From Klebsiella phage KP591P1, in sequence record NC_071147.1: a stretch of 45,696 nt of DNA. One strand, 5' to 3'. Both the position numbers and the translations under genes were made by a program. This document shows, piece after piece, positions 9,422 through 18,078 of the stretch. Numbering within the stretch: position 1 is the stretch's first letter; each line of letters begins with the position of its first letter. The notes beneath the pieces were generated by a model. That model was not told the origin of the DNA. It saw nothing but the letters and a program-made list of their open reading frames with translations, and did not search any database.

Positions 9422-11393
9422 TGAAATCCTTGCGGTGGATGATATCGCGGCCTTTATCGTTAAAACGATGCGTGATGCGCTTAGGCGCGCGAATAAGGCC
9501 AGTGAACGCCATGAATGCTTTTGCGTTGTGGCAATTCATGAGGTTATCAATCAGATTCCTGTCTGATACGTGGTTTAGTAATCCTTTAATCTTAAACTGA
9601 TTTTTAAGGTACTTCTCCTGCCTGCCAAATGGATAGAACACCTCACTGGCCCAGCCATCTTTGCCGTTTTCTTTCTTGATGAAGTAACGATAAACAACGC
9701 CCTTCTCATCTTTCGTTAGCTCAATCTTGAAATCCTTGACTTCAGTCCATTCATTATCCGTATAAGCACGCTCATTGAGCGCCGCGTTAGGGTCGCGCAA
9801 AACGTGATCGCATTGACGGCAATAACGAGCTGTCGGGTCGTTCTTTGTGCCGCAACCATCATCAAAAATACGGATGCCGTGCTTGTCGAAACCGCAGCGA
9901 ATGAAGCTGAAAAACTCTTCACAACGGCCATCTGGAGACGTTGAATCTTTACCGATGCAGCGCCTTGCATATGGGCTGTTCATAGTCTGGCATTTAGGGC
10001 ATGGCACCTGCTCTCCGCTGCGCTTGGCGCGCTGCGCTTCTGCTTCCTCAAGAATAGGGTCTTCGTACAGACCTCCAAGCTCGAACATGGTTCCGGTGAA
10101 GTCAAGGCAAAGGTGGTTTTCTTTCACCAGACCTGCGGCAATCTGGTCAGGCTTCAACAGGCGCATTGGTCGGCCAAGCAACTGTGTCAGAAGAGTCAGG
10201 GACATGATTTTTCTCAGAATGACAGACGTATCCCAATATGGGATGTTGACGCCAGTAGTGAGGCAACCGATTTGCAGCGTGTATTTTTTACGCCCGGTTG
10301 CCGCATCTTTCAGCGCTTTCCGTCTGGATTTCTGTCCCATATCCTCGGTAACAATGGAATAACTGCCTTCTGGTAAGTATTTTGCAGCCTCCTTACAGTG
10401 TTTTTTACCGGCGCAGGTAATGAGCACACCAAGCCTGTCGCGCGTAAGCTCCATGACTTTGAGCATTATTTTTTGCGTCAATGTACCCTGCTTGAGGATT
10501 TCTTCCTGCATCTCTTTTAGCTGGCTATCAGTGAAGTCCTGCACGCCGTCAACTTCACTACTGGCAAACTCATGCAGATCGTATTGCAAGCCCTCGATAT
10601 CCTGCCCGCCAAAGATGGTAGGGACAAGAAACCCAAGATCGACAAGGTATTTAGTGCTGATGTTGACGATTTCATGTTTCCAGTAAGCCCCTTTTATCGA
10701 CTCAACGCCGCGAAATGGGCTGCCGGTGTAGCCAATGACAATCACCTCATGCCCATACTTCGCTTTACAGCGCCGGTTAAGCTCGGTCATGATTATGCCG
10801 TATTGCGTTTCTGGCTTGTCGGCGAGTATATCCTGCCAATTAACCTGGTGACATTCGTCGACCAAAATATACCGCGGGGTAAAATCCGATAATGGAGATT
10901 TTATGACCTCACCATCAGGCCCATGTTTATCGAAAAGTCCATTTATTATTGTGCCTTCCGTTCCACAAATTATTGGGTATGCGGTTGATTTCCTGTTTAG
11001 GGATGCGCTAAACAAAGAATTTTTAACCTGCATGTTCCACATTTCCTCAGCATCCTGATCGGCTATTTCGCCTTGTCGCGCGATAACCATTCCATACCAG
11101 TCTAATTCTTCACCAGGCTCAAGCTCTTCTGGCCTTTTGTTCATGGCCTGAAAGCGCGCGGCAATCATGGCTATCATGATGGTCTTACCGGCGCCAACTG
11201 ACGCGGTAACATAACTTGGCTTTGGTTGCTTACCAAACTTGCGGATAACCTCCGCTGTCTTTTCATATACCAGCCACTGATAGGGGCGCGGTTCAATTTC
11301 CCCGGTATGGATGCTGGCCCGCAGCTTATCCATATCCAACTCAGCAATCATTGCATCAATTTTTTGCACTTCATCCACCTTTGTGTTGCTCAA
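9396..11393 (-). CDS. SF2 DEAD/DEAH-box DNA helicase with C-terminal Cys-rich zinc ribbons (start codon uncertain: track start is TTG at 11393)
   Basis: Walker A ASVGAGKT, DEAH-like ILVDECHQ, C-terminal CPKCQ...CRQCDH; start overlaps promoter motif. Confidence 0.7.
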   Translation of the reverse strand: MSNTKVDEVQKIDAMIAELDMDKLRASIHTGEIEPRPYQWLVYEKTAEVIRKFGKQPKPSYVTASVGAGKTIMIAMIAARFQAMNKRPEELEPGEELDWYGMVIARQGEIADQDAEEMWNMQVKNSLFSASLNRKSTAYPIICGTEGTIINGLFDKHGPDGEVIKSPLSDFTPRYILVDECHQVNWQDILADKPETQYGIIMTELNRRCKAKYGHEVIVIGYTGSPFRGVESIKGAYWKHEIVNISTKYLVDLGFLVPTIFGGQDIEGLQYDLHEFASSEVDGVQDFTDSQLKEMQEEILKQGTLTQKIMLKVMELTRDRLGVLITCAGKKHCKEAAKYLPEGSYSIVTEDMGQKSRRKALKDAATGRKKYTLQIGCLTTGVNIPYWDTSVILRKIMSLTLLTQLLGRPMRLLKPDQIAAGLVKENHLCLDFTGTMFELGGLYEDPILEEAEAQRAKRSGEQVPCPKCQTMNSPYARRCIGKDSTSPDGRCEEFFSFIRCGFDKHGIRIFDDGCGTKNDPTARYCRQCDHVLRDPNAALNERAYTDNEWTEVKDFKIELTKDEKGVVYRYFIKKENGKDGWASEVFYPFGRQEKYLKNQFKIKGLLNHVSDRNLIDNLMNCHNAKAFMAFTGLIRAPKRITHRFNDKGRDIIHRKDFIGEQIEAA

Positions 11394-11426
11394 TCTACGT
11401 CACAATAGTAGACTGAATCTACGGCA
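11392..11426. promoter_or_regulatory. two copies of conserved motif AATCTACGTCA / AATCTACGGCA (24-bp spacing) in divergent helicase/primase control region
   Basis: direct sequence match to motif family listed in findings. Confidence 0.5.
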
Positions 11427-11443
11427 ATAATCAAGGTAAAATT

Positions 11444-12337
11444 ATGCGATACGACTGGAAGGATATAGAGCCTTTAATGGTGGGAAACTGGCAGGCTGCA
11501 ATCATGTCGATAGTTAATGTCGACATGAGAATTTTCAACGGTAAGCATCAGCCATGCCCAAGTTGCTCTGGCAAGGACAGGTTTAGATTCGATGACCACT
11601 TAGACTACAAAGGTGACGGCGGCGCCATCTGCAACCAGTGCGGAAACGGCAGCGGAATCACCTGGCTAATGAAGCTGTCTGGAATGACGTTTCCGGAGTC
11701 AATGGAGGCACTGGCCGGATTTCTGAATATGCACCCACGCGAAAAACTTGAGGCGATTAGAAAACAATTGCCAAAAGTCAATGGTGCATCGGACTGCCTT
11801 ACTCCAGAAGAAGTAGAGGCGATAATGAAAAAAGCAGGCAATAACACCATAACAGGTAAAACCGGTGAGCGTGTGGCGATACAGCTCTATATGGCTGGAA
11901 ACATGACGCCATGCAATGTGGCATTCATTGCTGACGATGAAAGCGTGTCATTTCGCGCGGGTTTCAGCCATGAGTACACTCGCGGAAGACTTACGCGCGG
12001 CGCAGTGACACCGATTGGTGAAAAAACAGAGTGGACATACCTTGTGTCCAATTACTTTGACGCATGGCGAGCGCATCGGATTACCGGTGCTCATGTCTGG
12101 TGTTGCTGGTCGCCGGAAAACATGTGGGAAGTTGTGCGCAATGTGAGCGATGAACAGCGAGCTAAACTTCGCTGCATCATTAATAATAATTTCGACGAGG
12201 TATGCGCCGCCGAGAATGCTGGCCTGCCGATACTGATTACTGATGATGGTCATGATATCCGTTACAGCGGCGCCATCAGAAAAAGACTATATAAACCAGA
12301 AGAGCTATTTGAAGCACTAAAAAATAAACCCTCCTGA
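11444..12337 (+). CDS. DNA primase (zinc-binding CHC2-type finger plus TOPRIM-like domain)
   Basis: CPSCSGKDRFRFDD...CNQCGNG zinc finger near N-terminus; replication module. Confidence 0.7.
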   Translation: MRYDWKDIEPLMVGNWQAAIMSIVNVDMRIFNGKHQPCPSCSGKDRFRFDDHLDYKGDGGAICNQCGNGSGITWLMKLSGMTFPESMEALAGFLNMHPREKLEAIRKQLPKVNGASDCLTPEEVEAIMKKAGNNTITGKTGERVAIQLYMAGNMTPCNVAFIADDESVSFRAGFSHEYTRGRLTRGAVTPIGEKTEWTYLVSNYFDAWRAHRITGAHVWCCWSPENMWEVVRNVSDEQRAKLRCIINNNFDEVCAAENAGLPILITDDGHDIRYSGAIRKRLYKPEELFEALKNKPS

Positions 12338-12355
12338 TGGAGGGTTTATTTGTTT
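12329..12355. terminator. bidirectional rho-independent terminator; primase stop codon TGA lies in the hairpin loop
   Basis: AAAATAAA CCCTCC TGAT GGAGGG TTTATTTGTTT. Confidence 0.7.
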
Positions 12356-12575
12356 ATGGTTTTTCTGGAACTGGCATCCAGTGAGTAACACTAATTGTTA
12401 CCATGTTATCAAGAACTCCATCAGAGTCTATGCTGCACCAAGATACATCCTGAAACCAGTGTCCTTGAAGATAAACTCCATGTAGTGGCTCATCATCTTT
12501 TGGATAAAAAATTACTTTTGTATTTTCCTCTGGTAATTTTTCACTACATTTAATCCATTTGTTTTTCATCTCCAC
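12354..12575 (-). CDS. DUF551 domain protein
   Basis: C-terminal ...VTHWMPVPEKP signature of DUF551. Confidence 0.5.
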   Translation of the reverse strand: MEMKNKWIKCSEKLPEENTKVIFYPKDDEPLHGVYLQGHWFQDVSWCSIDSDGVLDNMVTISVTHWMPVPEKP

Positions 12576-14056
12576 CCTCTCTGCGCCGCCATATTCATGC
12601 CGACACCCTCAACAATCTGAGAGAATTTGATGCTCATTTTTGTCGACTCAAACTTGCTCGCGTCGTTAATCCAGTAACCGCAACCGACAGCATCAATAGC
12701 TCTTGACTCCATTAATGCCTGCATTACTGGCGTGATAAGTGTTTTTGCGCCGAAATTAAAATCCTCTCCATTGGTACGAGCAATAGCTTCTGCCAGTCCT
12801 TTTAGCGACTTTGTTTTAACAACTCGCTGAATAATGCTTGACTGAGGCATTGAATCATCGCGTGTTCTACCAGACAGCACGTTTTCAATGCGGTTTTTAA
12901 TCTCGTTCCATCGCGCCATAGTACCAAGTTCCTCCTGGCTCTCATTCACCTTAAGCATGCTCATCACGTCAGTAAGGCTTTCGCATACAAAGCAAAAAGC
13001 CCACATCAGCATAGCTTCTGTAATGACTCCTTTATTGCCAGCTGAAAGAGCTGTTGCAACCTTTTCCACTTGCTCAAATGAACGTGATATTACAGCCCCT
13101 AGCGCAACATCATTCCGCAACTCCTCAAAACGATCATCAAGAGATTCAGCAAGTTGCTCAACCATTGTATCTTCGTACCTCGCCACGGTTGGTGCTGATT
13201 TCTCTATCTGTTTCATCTTCTCGATAAGCGATGGTGGCGTCTTGTGACCGAATTTTTTTGCTTTCCTTGCTCGACCATCTTTTCCTTTGATGAATATCGC
13301 ACGACCGATAAGGCCAGTGCCAATGTTTTCAGAGCAGATGATGCTTGCCAGCTTTTCAGGCGTTGAGAAGCACATCATTGAAAATATAGGGTCTTCTATC
13401 CCGTTCTGGATAGGCCATAATATTTCTTTTTCGAGCTGCATTTCGCGGCGACGATACTCAGTTTCAACAATGCCTTTATCCTTAACTTCTGCTCGCAGTT
13501 TTTTTAGTTCCTTTTCCAGTAACTCCTTCGCATTAATGGCGTCAAGGTCAGAGAATTTTTTCAGGCGGTCTGAGTAGATTGAGAGAATTTCAGAGCCAAG
13601 CTCTGCCATATAGGTGGCGCCATTCTTTTGTGACATCACGCCAAAAAGACCATGGCATTCATCAATAATAAATGTTGCCACGCCTTCGTGGTTTATTAGT
13701 GTGCGCCCGATATCTTTTGATGATGCTATGCGGCCAAAAACGTGCTGGCCTTTATCGATATCGCGGGCGATCATCTTGAAGTGACTTTGAGAACGGTCTT
13801 TACCACCGGCAGAATCAGCAATGCAGATGGTCAGCAAGTTTCCTTTCATGCCGCTTGGAGTTTTAATTTTCCCCTTGCTGGCAATGACCAGCTCATGCAT
13901 GGCTGCAACAGCGCGCAACCTTGGCTGTTCTCGTACTTCACCAGCGGCGATATCTTCAGCTATCTCGCCGGCAAGGCCTGGCGGCTTGGTGATGTCGTAC
14001 CAGGAATCTTTTTTGATGTCTGCTGTAAGGTCGTAAATGGTCTTTATTGCCATCAT
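12566..14056 (-). CDS. replication-associated protein (possible DUF3987-like helicase loader/ATPase)
   Basis: 496 aa; Walker-B-like TFIIDECHGLF; in primase/helicase operon. Confidence 0.35.
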   Translation of the reverse strand: MMAIKTIYDLTADIKKDSWYDITKPPGLAGEIAEDIAAGEVREQPRLRAVAAMHELVIASKGKIKTPSGMKGNLLTICIADSAGGKDRSQSHFKMIARDIDKGQHVFGRIASSKDIGRTLINHEGVATFIIDECHGLFGVMSQKNGATYMAELGSEILSIYSDRLKKFSDLDAINAKELLEKELKKLRAEVKDKGIVETEYRRREMQLEKEILWPIQNGIEDPIFSMMCFSTPEKLASIICSENIGTGLIGRAIFIKGKDGRARKAKKFGHKTPPSLIEKMKQIEKSAPTVARYEDTMVEQLAESLDDRFEELRNDVALGAVISRSFEQVEKVATALSAGNKGVITEAMLMWAFCFVCESLTDVMSMLKVNESQEELGTMARWNEIKNRIENVLSGRTRDDSMPQSSIIQRVVKTKSLKGLAEAIARTNGEDFNFGAKTLITPVMQALMESRAIDAVGCGYWINDASKFESTKMSIKFSQIVEGVGMNMAAQRGWR

Positions 14057-14268
14057 GAAATCCTTCTGATGGTGAGTATTTCTTTATGGCTGTCAAAACG
14101 TGTGATGAACATCATGCCAGCATCCTTTGAAACTTTGGAAAGGTTCATCCTGAATCTTGCTATGTCCATGCCAACTATCTCGCTTGACGGCAAGAGCTTA
14201 ACTTCATTGACATTAATGACAGATACGTGATGGTAAACGTGAGCCAAATCGCTGCCAGGTCTGTACAT
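14053..14268 (-). CDS. hypothetical protein, first gene of leftward replication operon
   Basis: strong RBS AAGGAGGAGTT-ATG; stop overlaps next start. Confidence 0.5.
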   Translation of the reverse strand: MYRPGSDLAHVYHHVSVINVNEVKLLPSSEIVGMDIARFRMNLSKVSKDAGMMFITRFDSHKEILTIRRIS

Positions 14269-14289
14269 AACTCCTCCTTATTTTTTGTG

Positions 14290-14320
14290 ATTATAAAATA
14301 TTAAATAAATCGGCGCAATA
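14290..14320 (-). promoter_or_regulatory. putative leftward sigma70 promoter of replication operon (TTGCGC-17-TATAAT)
   Basis: rc of 14292-14297 is TATAAT; 17 bp upstream TTGCGC. Confidence 0.3.
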
Positions 14321-14354
14321 CCTTACCTTCTTGTTCGCTGGTCGTGATTCGGGT

Positions 14355-14460
14355 TGAAATGGATAAAGTTGGATAAGCGTTTGGATAAGTGTTTTTACAT
14401 ACTATGTATATGTATTTACTACTATTATTATCAATAGATAGTAGTATTTATCCAATTCAA
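14355..14460. promoter_or_regulatory. candidate replication origin: three direct TGGATAA (DnaA-box-like) repeats plus one inverted copy flanking a ~55-bp AT-rich block
   Basis: TGGATAA at 14360, 14370, 14382; TTATCCA at 14448; AT-rich 14391-14447. Confidence 0.35.
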
Positions 14461-14595
14461 CCCATTTTTAGCTTTGCGAAAATTTTAGCAAAAAAATGCA
14501 TCAAAAATTTTCTACTTTTCTCTCATGGTGAAGGTTTAAGTGATAAATGGTTGAGAACTACATAAGTTAATGAAATTACATGGTTATTTATGGTT

Positions 14596-14642
14596 AAACC
14601 CAAAAAAATCTTGGGTTAAATTGGTTGAGCGTGGTATATAAA
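14596..14642. promoter_or_regulatory. operator-like elements: inverted repeat AACCCAA-N7-TTGGGTT, TGGTTGAG direct repeats (14547, 14621), TATATAAAT
   Basis: seen directly in sequence. Confidence 0.25.
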
Positions 14643-14710
14643 TATCAATGACTTATGAAATTGATAACTGAAAGTGACTACTAACCAAATTTTATTTTCA
14701 CCATCATATT

Positions 14711-14739
14711 GACGTAGATTGAGCGCCATCGTATAGTTA
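14711..14739 (+). promoter_or_regulatory. rightward sigma70-like promoter TTGACG-17-TATAGT (motif TTGACGTAGATTGAG) driving early operon
   Basis: near-consensus -35/-10 with 17-bp spacer, 30 bp upstream of RBS AAAGAGGTGA. Confidence 0.6.
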
Positions 14740-14768
14740 CCACACCAAAAACAAAGAGGTGATGAAGA

Positions 14769-14990
14769 ATGAAAAAAGGACAAATTGTTACAGCAACAGA
14801 AGTAAAACTTGGCTCAGGCGGCTATCTGACAGAGGGTAAGTCTTATGAGATTGTTTCTGCTATTGGTGATGAATGCCAGTACGGAAAAATAAAAACAGAA
14901 TTTGGATTCGAAATCGTAAATGATATGGGTACGAAAAGCTTCTGCCTGTACCCAGAATGCCTTCACGCCAAATGGAGTATCTCAGAATGA
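14769..14990 (+). CDS. hypothetical early protein (73 aa)
   Basis: RBS AAGAGGTGA; first gene after promoter. Confidence 0.5.
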   Translation: MKKGQIVTATEVKLGSGGYLTEGKSYEIVSAIGDECQYGKIKTEFGFEIVNDMGTKSFCLYPECLHAKWSISE

Positions 14991-15172
14991 CCAAAGCAAT
15001 CTACACGCGCACTCAACTGGAACCAGAAATGGGCGCTGTGAAAGCGCAAAACTTTATGATGGCGCAGGCAATGCATGCATACAGCAACGGCAAGCGCGTC
15101 TGTCGCGTTTTTACTGGCGAAGGCAAGCAGAGAGTGCTTGAGCAGGTTATCGTGTCATCTTGTGGAAACTAA
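14987..15172 (+). CDS. hypothetical early protein (61 aa)
   Basis: ATGA start/stop overlap with upstream gene. Confidence 0.4.
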   Translation: MTKAIYTRTQLEPEMGAVKAQNFMMAQAMHAYSNGKRVCRVFTGEGKQRVLEQVIVSSCGN

Positions 15173-15187
15173 ACCGTTTTAGCAACG

Positions 15188-15466
15188 ATGAATAAATTAC
15201 TGGCAGTGGTTTTACTGGTTATCGCTAACGCGGCATGCGCTGAGACTATATGGGTCACAAAGTATGCATTGACCCGTGGCATTCAGAAGTACGAAAGCGC
15301 ACAGCTGTTTGCCGATGGTCAGGTGGCTGTGGTTGGCGATGTTTACTTTAAACGTGGTGAATACTGGCTTGATGAACAACAGGCAAAAGAGCATGCAGAG
15401 ACTTTGCGGCAACGCCGCGTATCTGCACTGATGCGTGAGCTTGAACGTTTACAGGCGGTTAAGTGA
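15188..15466 (+). CDS. small secreted/periplasmic protein with signal peptide
   Basis: MNKLLAVVLLVIANAACAE signal peptide. Confidence 0.5.
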   Translation: MNKLLAVVLLVIANAACAETIWVTKYALTRGIQKYESAQLFADGQVAVVGDVYFKRGEYWLDEQQAKEHAETLRQRRVSALMRELERLQAVK

Positions 15467-15478
15467 GGATGGGAAAGA

Positions 15479-15943
15479 ATGAATAACGAAATCGAACAGA
15501 TTGCACTACAAAACGATATGAGCATTGAATTCGTAACCTGGTTCTTTAACGAGAAGAAAGCGGGTTGCGGAAATGCCTGGTTCATGATGATGGCTGCAAT
15601 GTGGGAAGGTTGGCAAGGCCGTAGCATCGAAATGGATAAGCTGGCTACGGAGAATGTGGCGCTGAAGGCGTTTGGCGACAAGCTGAGTGAAATGCATAAC
15701 GCACTGAATGGAGAAGGGACAGGCATTCAAGGACGTGCAGAAGTGGCTTGCCAGCAGGTCGCACTGGAAGCGGCAATGGAAGAGTTATACGCTATCGAAA
15801 CCCCCGCCACCGATCGCATCGTAGCCGGGATTAAGGCTGATGGGGTGGAGGAGTTTGCAAAGTACATCTCACTCTACAGTAGCAACTCGGAACGGCATGC
15901 TGATGACTTCGCCAAGCAGCTGCGCGAGGGGGCCGACAAATGA
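15479..15943 (+). CDS. hypothetical early protein (154 aa)
   Basis: ORF with ATGA overlap to next gene. Confidence 0.45.
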   Translation: MNNEIEQIALQNDMSIEFVTWFFNEKKAGCGNAWFMMMAAMWEGWQGRSIEMDKLATENVALKAFGDKLSEMHNALNGEGTGIQGRAEVACQQVALEAAMEELYAIETPATDRIVAGIKADGVEEFAKYISLYSSNSERHADDFAKQLREGADK

Positions 15944-16338
15944 GCAACTTTGATACTTCATCGCAAGTTAAGGCTCGCAAGTTACATCGTTGCTGTGAAT
16001 GTTATGGCGCTATCAATCCAGGCGATACCTACGAGAAAGTTTTTGTCGTCCAGGATGGCGATGCCAGCAACTTCAAGACATGCCAGAAATGCACAGAAGC
16101 ACGTGACTGGCTGCTTAACGAAACTGATTGGCCTGACGATATCGACGGAGATGGCCATTCGTTTTTCTTCACGATGCTGCGTGCCCACCTCCGTGAGCAA
16201 GGCCGTGAAGGCGACCGAAAATACGCATTTCGAGCGTATCGACTTGTCGTCCTGATGGATAAGCGCCGCATGGCTTATGCCAACGCATACAACGCGGAGA
16301 CCGTGAAAATCCGCGATTCTCTTGCTCAAGGAGTCTAA
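15940..16338 (+). CDS. hypothetical Cys-rich (zinc-binding) early protein
   Basis: HRCCECYG...CQKC motif. Confidence 0.45.
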   Translation: MSNFDTSSQVKARKLHRCCECYGAINPGDTYEKVFVVQDGDASNFKTCQKCTEARDWLLNETDWPDDIDGDGHSFFFTMLRAHLREQGREGDRKYAFRAYRLVVLMDKRRMAYANAYNAETVKIRDSLAQGV

Positions 16339-16340
16339 GC

Positions 16341-16607
16341 ATGACAACTGATATCACCGAACTGGCGCTGATTGCCAAAATCAAAAAACAGACCGAAAAC
16401 TTTGACACTGTAGTGCTGAAAGAGTGGGAAGCCCTCGCGCTGGTAGACGCGCTGGAGAAGGCGCAGCAGCGCATCGCCGAGCTGGAGTCCCGCACCGTGA
16501 AGCTGCCGCCATGTGTTGACGATCTGCATGGCATTGGGATGGTCATGTCTGCTGACGCAGTGGTAGAGGCGCTTACCTCATATGGCATCAAGGTGGAGGC
16601 TGAGTGA
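16341..16607 (+). CDS. hypothetical early protein (88 aa)
   Basis: ORF in operon, coupled to next gene. Confidence 0.45.
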   Translation: MTTDITELALIAKIKKQTENFDTVVLKEWEALALVDALEKAQQRIAELESRTVKLPPCVDDLHGIGMVMSADAVVEALTSYGIKVEAE

Positions 16608-16783
16608 TGGCGGAACGTTGGAAAATTTATCTCACTATTGCATTCATCGGATTGGGAGCTACGCCTATAAGCATGGTAGCGGCAAAGATTGACGTTCCTG
16701 TTTGGGCGCTTATTGCCGGGCACTGCGGCGCGATTATAGCAGGATTTATTTGCGCAGAACTTGGACGGGGAGCCAACCAATGA
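16607..16783 (+). CDS. small membrane protein (58 aa, two TM segments)
   Basis: MAERWKIYLTIAFIGLGATP...WALIAGHCGAIIAGFICAEL; ATG overlaps upstream stop; not in ORF track. Confidence 0.35.
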   Translation: MAERWKIYLTIAFIGLGATPISMVAAKIDVPVWALIAGHCGAIIAGFICAELGRGANQ

Positions 16784-17553
16784 CCAAATCAACCATAACC
16801 AGAGAACAGTTACTCGAAATTATTGAAACCGATCACGTGCAGTGTGGTGAGGCATCGTATCTCGCCAGCATGGCTTTGGCCGCAATGGACAGCGAGCCGG
16901 TGGCGTGGCTTCGTAATCCTGACCAGGGGTTTCATCTGCCAATGCTTCGGCTGGGTTCTAAAGACCCAAACCCAAACTTCGTTAACGAAGAGTTTTACCC
17001 TGTGTACGCAGCCCCGCAGCCAGAGCCGGTAGTGCCGGATGAAAACACTTTGCGCATTCAAGGTATTGAGGCCCTGGAAGAATTCTTGACAGCAACTACC
17101 GTAGAACCTGAAATGCTGGGTGGTATCAAGCTAACCCTCGCATGTTGCAGGGCATTGAAGGCTATCATTAAAAATAAAGGTTGGGCTGATTTCAACGACG
17201 GAAAGCCTGAGAAAGTAAAAGCAGAGACTATTATTACCGCTTTGCGCGAACCCCACCCGGACGCCTGCCGCGCCGCCATGCTGCATGCTGGCAACTCTCC
17301 GGCCAAAAACGGCGTCGCTCCGGCGCAAAGCGGCAACTCTCCGGTTATTCCGGATGGTTGGATTCCGGTAAGCGAGCGGATGCCGGAAATTGGCGATATC
17401 GTGCTTACCGCAATGGGAGGGGTAGTTAACGTTGGCGAAATGGAGTGCTCTGCTGCAAATTATCGTTTCTTCACGTCAGTTATTTCCGGTAGCGAGTTGC
17501 CGGCGACTCACTGGATGCCGCTGCCATCCGCACCAAAGGAAGGAAAACCATGA
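16780..17553 (+). CDS. DUF551 domain protein (257 aa)
   Basis: C-terminal ...THWMPLPSAPKEGKP; first in-frame ATG after upstream stop at 16780. Confidence 0.5.
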   Translation: MTKSTITREQLLEIIETDHVQCGEASYLASMALAAMDSEPVAWLRNPDQGFHLPMLRLGSKDPNPNFVNEEFYPVYAAPQPEPVVPDENTLRIQGIEALEEFLTATTVEPEMLGGIKLTLACCRALKAIIKNKGWADFNDGKPEKVKAETIITALREPHPDACRAAMLHAGNSPAKNGVAPAQSGNSPVIPDGWIPVSERMPEIGDIVLTAMGGVVNVGEMECSAANYRFFTSVISGSELPATHWMPLPSAPKEGKP

Positions 17554-17642
17554 AACCCTACATCATCCGAAGACTGATTGCCGTAGCCTGCATTGCATTC
17601 TGGATTGCTGTTGCACTGGCCGTCTACTTTATCTTGAGGTGA
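17550..17642 (+). CDS. putative small membrane peptide (30 aa)
   Basis: ATGA overlap; MKPYIIRRLIAVACIAFWIAVALAVYFILR. Confidence 0.25.
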   Translation: MKPYIIRRLIAVACIAFWIAVALAVYFILR

Positions 17643-17645
17643 TTT

Positions 17646-17804
17646 ATGCTGTGGAGCGACATTCAGGCTGCATGCGAAGAGGCTGACTTTCTTTATGAGG
17701 AGACCGGAAAGCATCATGCCGTCATTCAGGTCGGCAGCATGATGATGGTGGTTGAGCATAACAGCATGCTTCGGCATATGTACTCAACTACGAGGTATCA
17801 GTGA
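17646..17804 (+). CDS. hypothetical small protein (52 aa)
   Basis: coupled ORF chain. Confidence 0.25.
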   Translation: MLWSDIQAACEEADFLYEETGKHHAVIQVGSMMMVVEHNSMLRHMYSTTRYQ

Positions 17805-17941
17805 TGCCGCAAAAATCAAAGCAGGAGGTGTGGCAGAAGGCTCAACTCGAAGGCGTCGACCACTTCATAGCGGCAATCGCCAAAGCCTTCCCTGATGCTA
17901 TTGAGGTGGTTCACGTTCAAAGCAATAACTGTAATGTTTAG
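17804..17941 (+). CDS. hypothetical small protein (45 aa)
   Basis: TGATG overlap with previous ORF. Confidence 0.25.
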   Translation: MPQKSKQEVWQKAQLEGVDHFIAAIAKAFPDAIEVVHVQSNNCNV

Positions 17942-17997
17942 TGTTATGCGAAAACTGATGTACAATCATCTCATCAATCATCACCCACCACCCTTTA

Positions 17998-18022
17998 ACC
18001 CGCTTCGGCGGGTTCTTTTTTA
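17998..18022 (+). terminator. rho-independent terminator ending early operon
   Basis: ACCCGC TTCG GCGGGT TCTTTTTTAT. Confidence 0.7.
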
Positions 18023-18042
18023 TCTACGCCATGTGGTAAGAT
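18021..18042 (+). promoter_or_regulatory. motif copy TATCTACGCCA followed by extended -10 TGgTAAGAT upstream of terS
   Basis: sequence match. Confidence 0.35.
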
Positions 18043-18078
18043 ATGTCCTATGTGAGTTACTCAAAGGACACATATAAA

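Noticed and set aside
16029-16792. Minus-strand ORFs (e.g. 16169-16792, 207 aa) antisense to the early operon
   Set aside because: The plus-strand genes show RBSs and ATGA coupling throughout; the antisense ORFs have no start context.
17895-18077. 60-aa ORF spanning the early-operon terminator
   Set aside because: Crosses a strong rho-independent terminator and overlaps the terS RBS; out of frame with neighbours.
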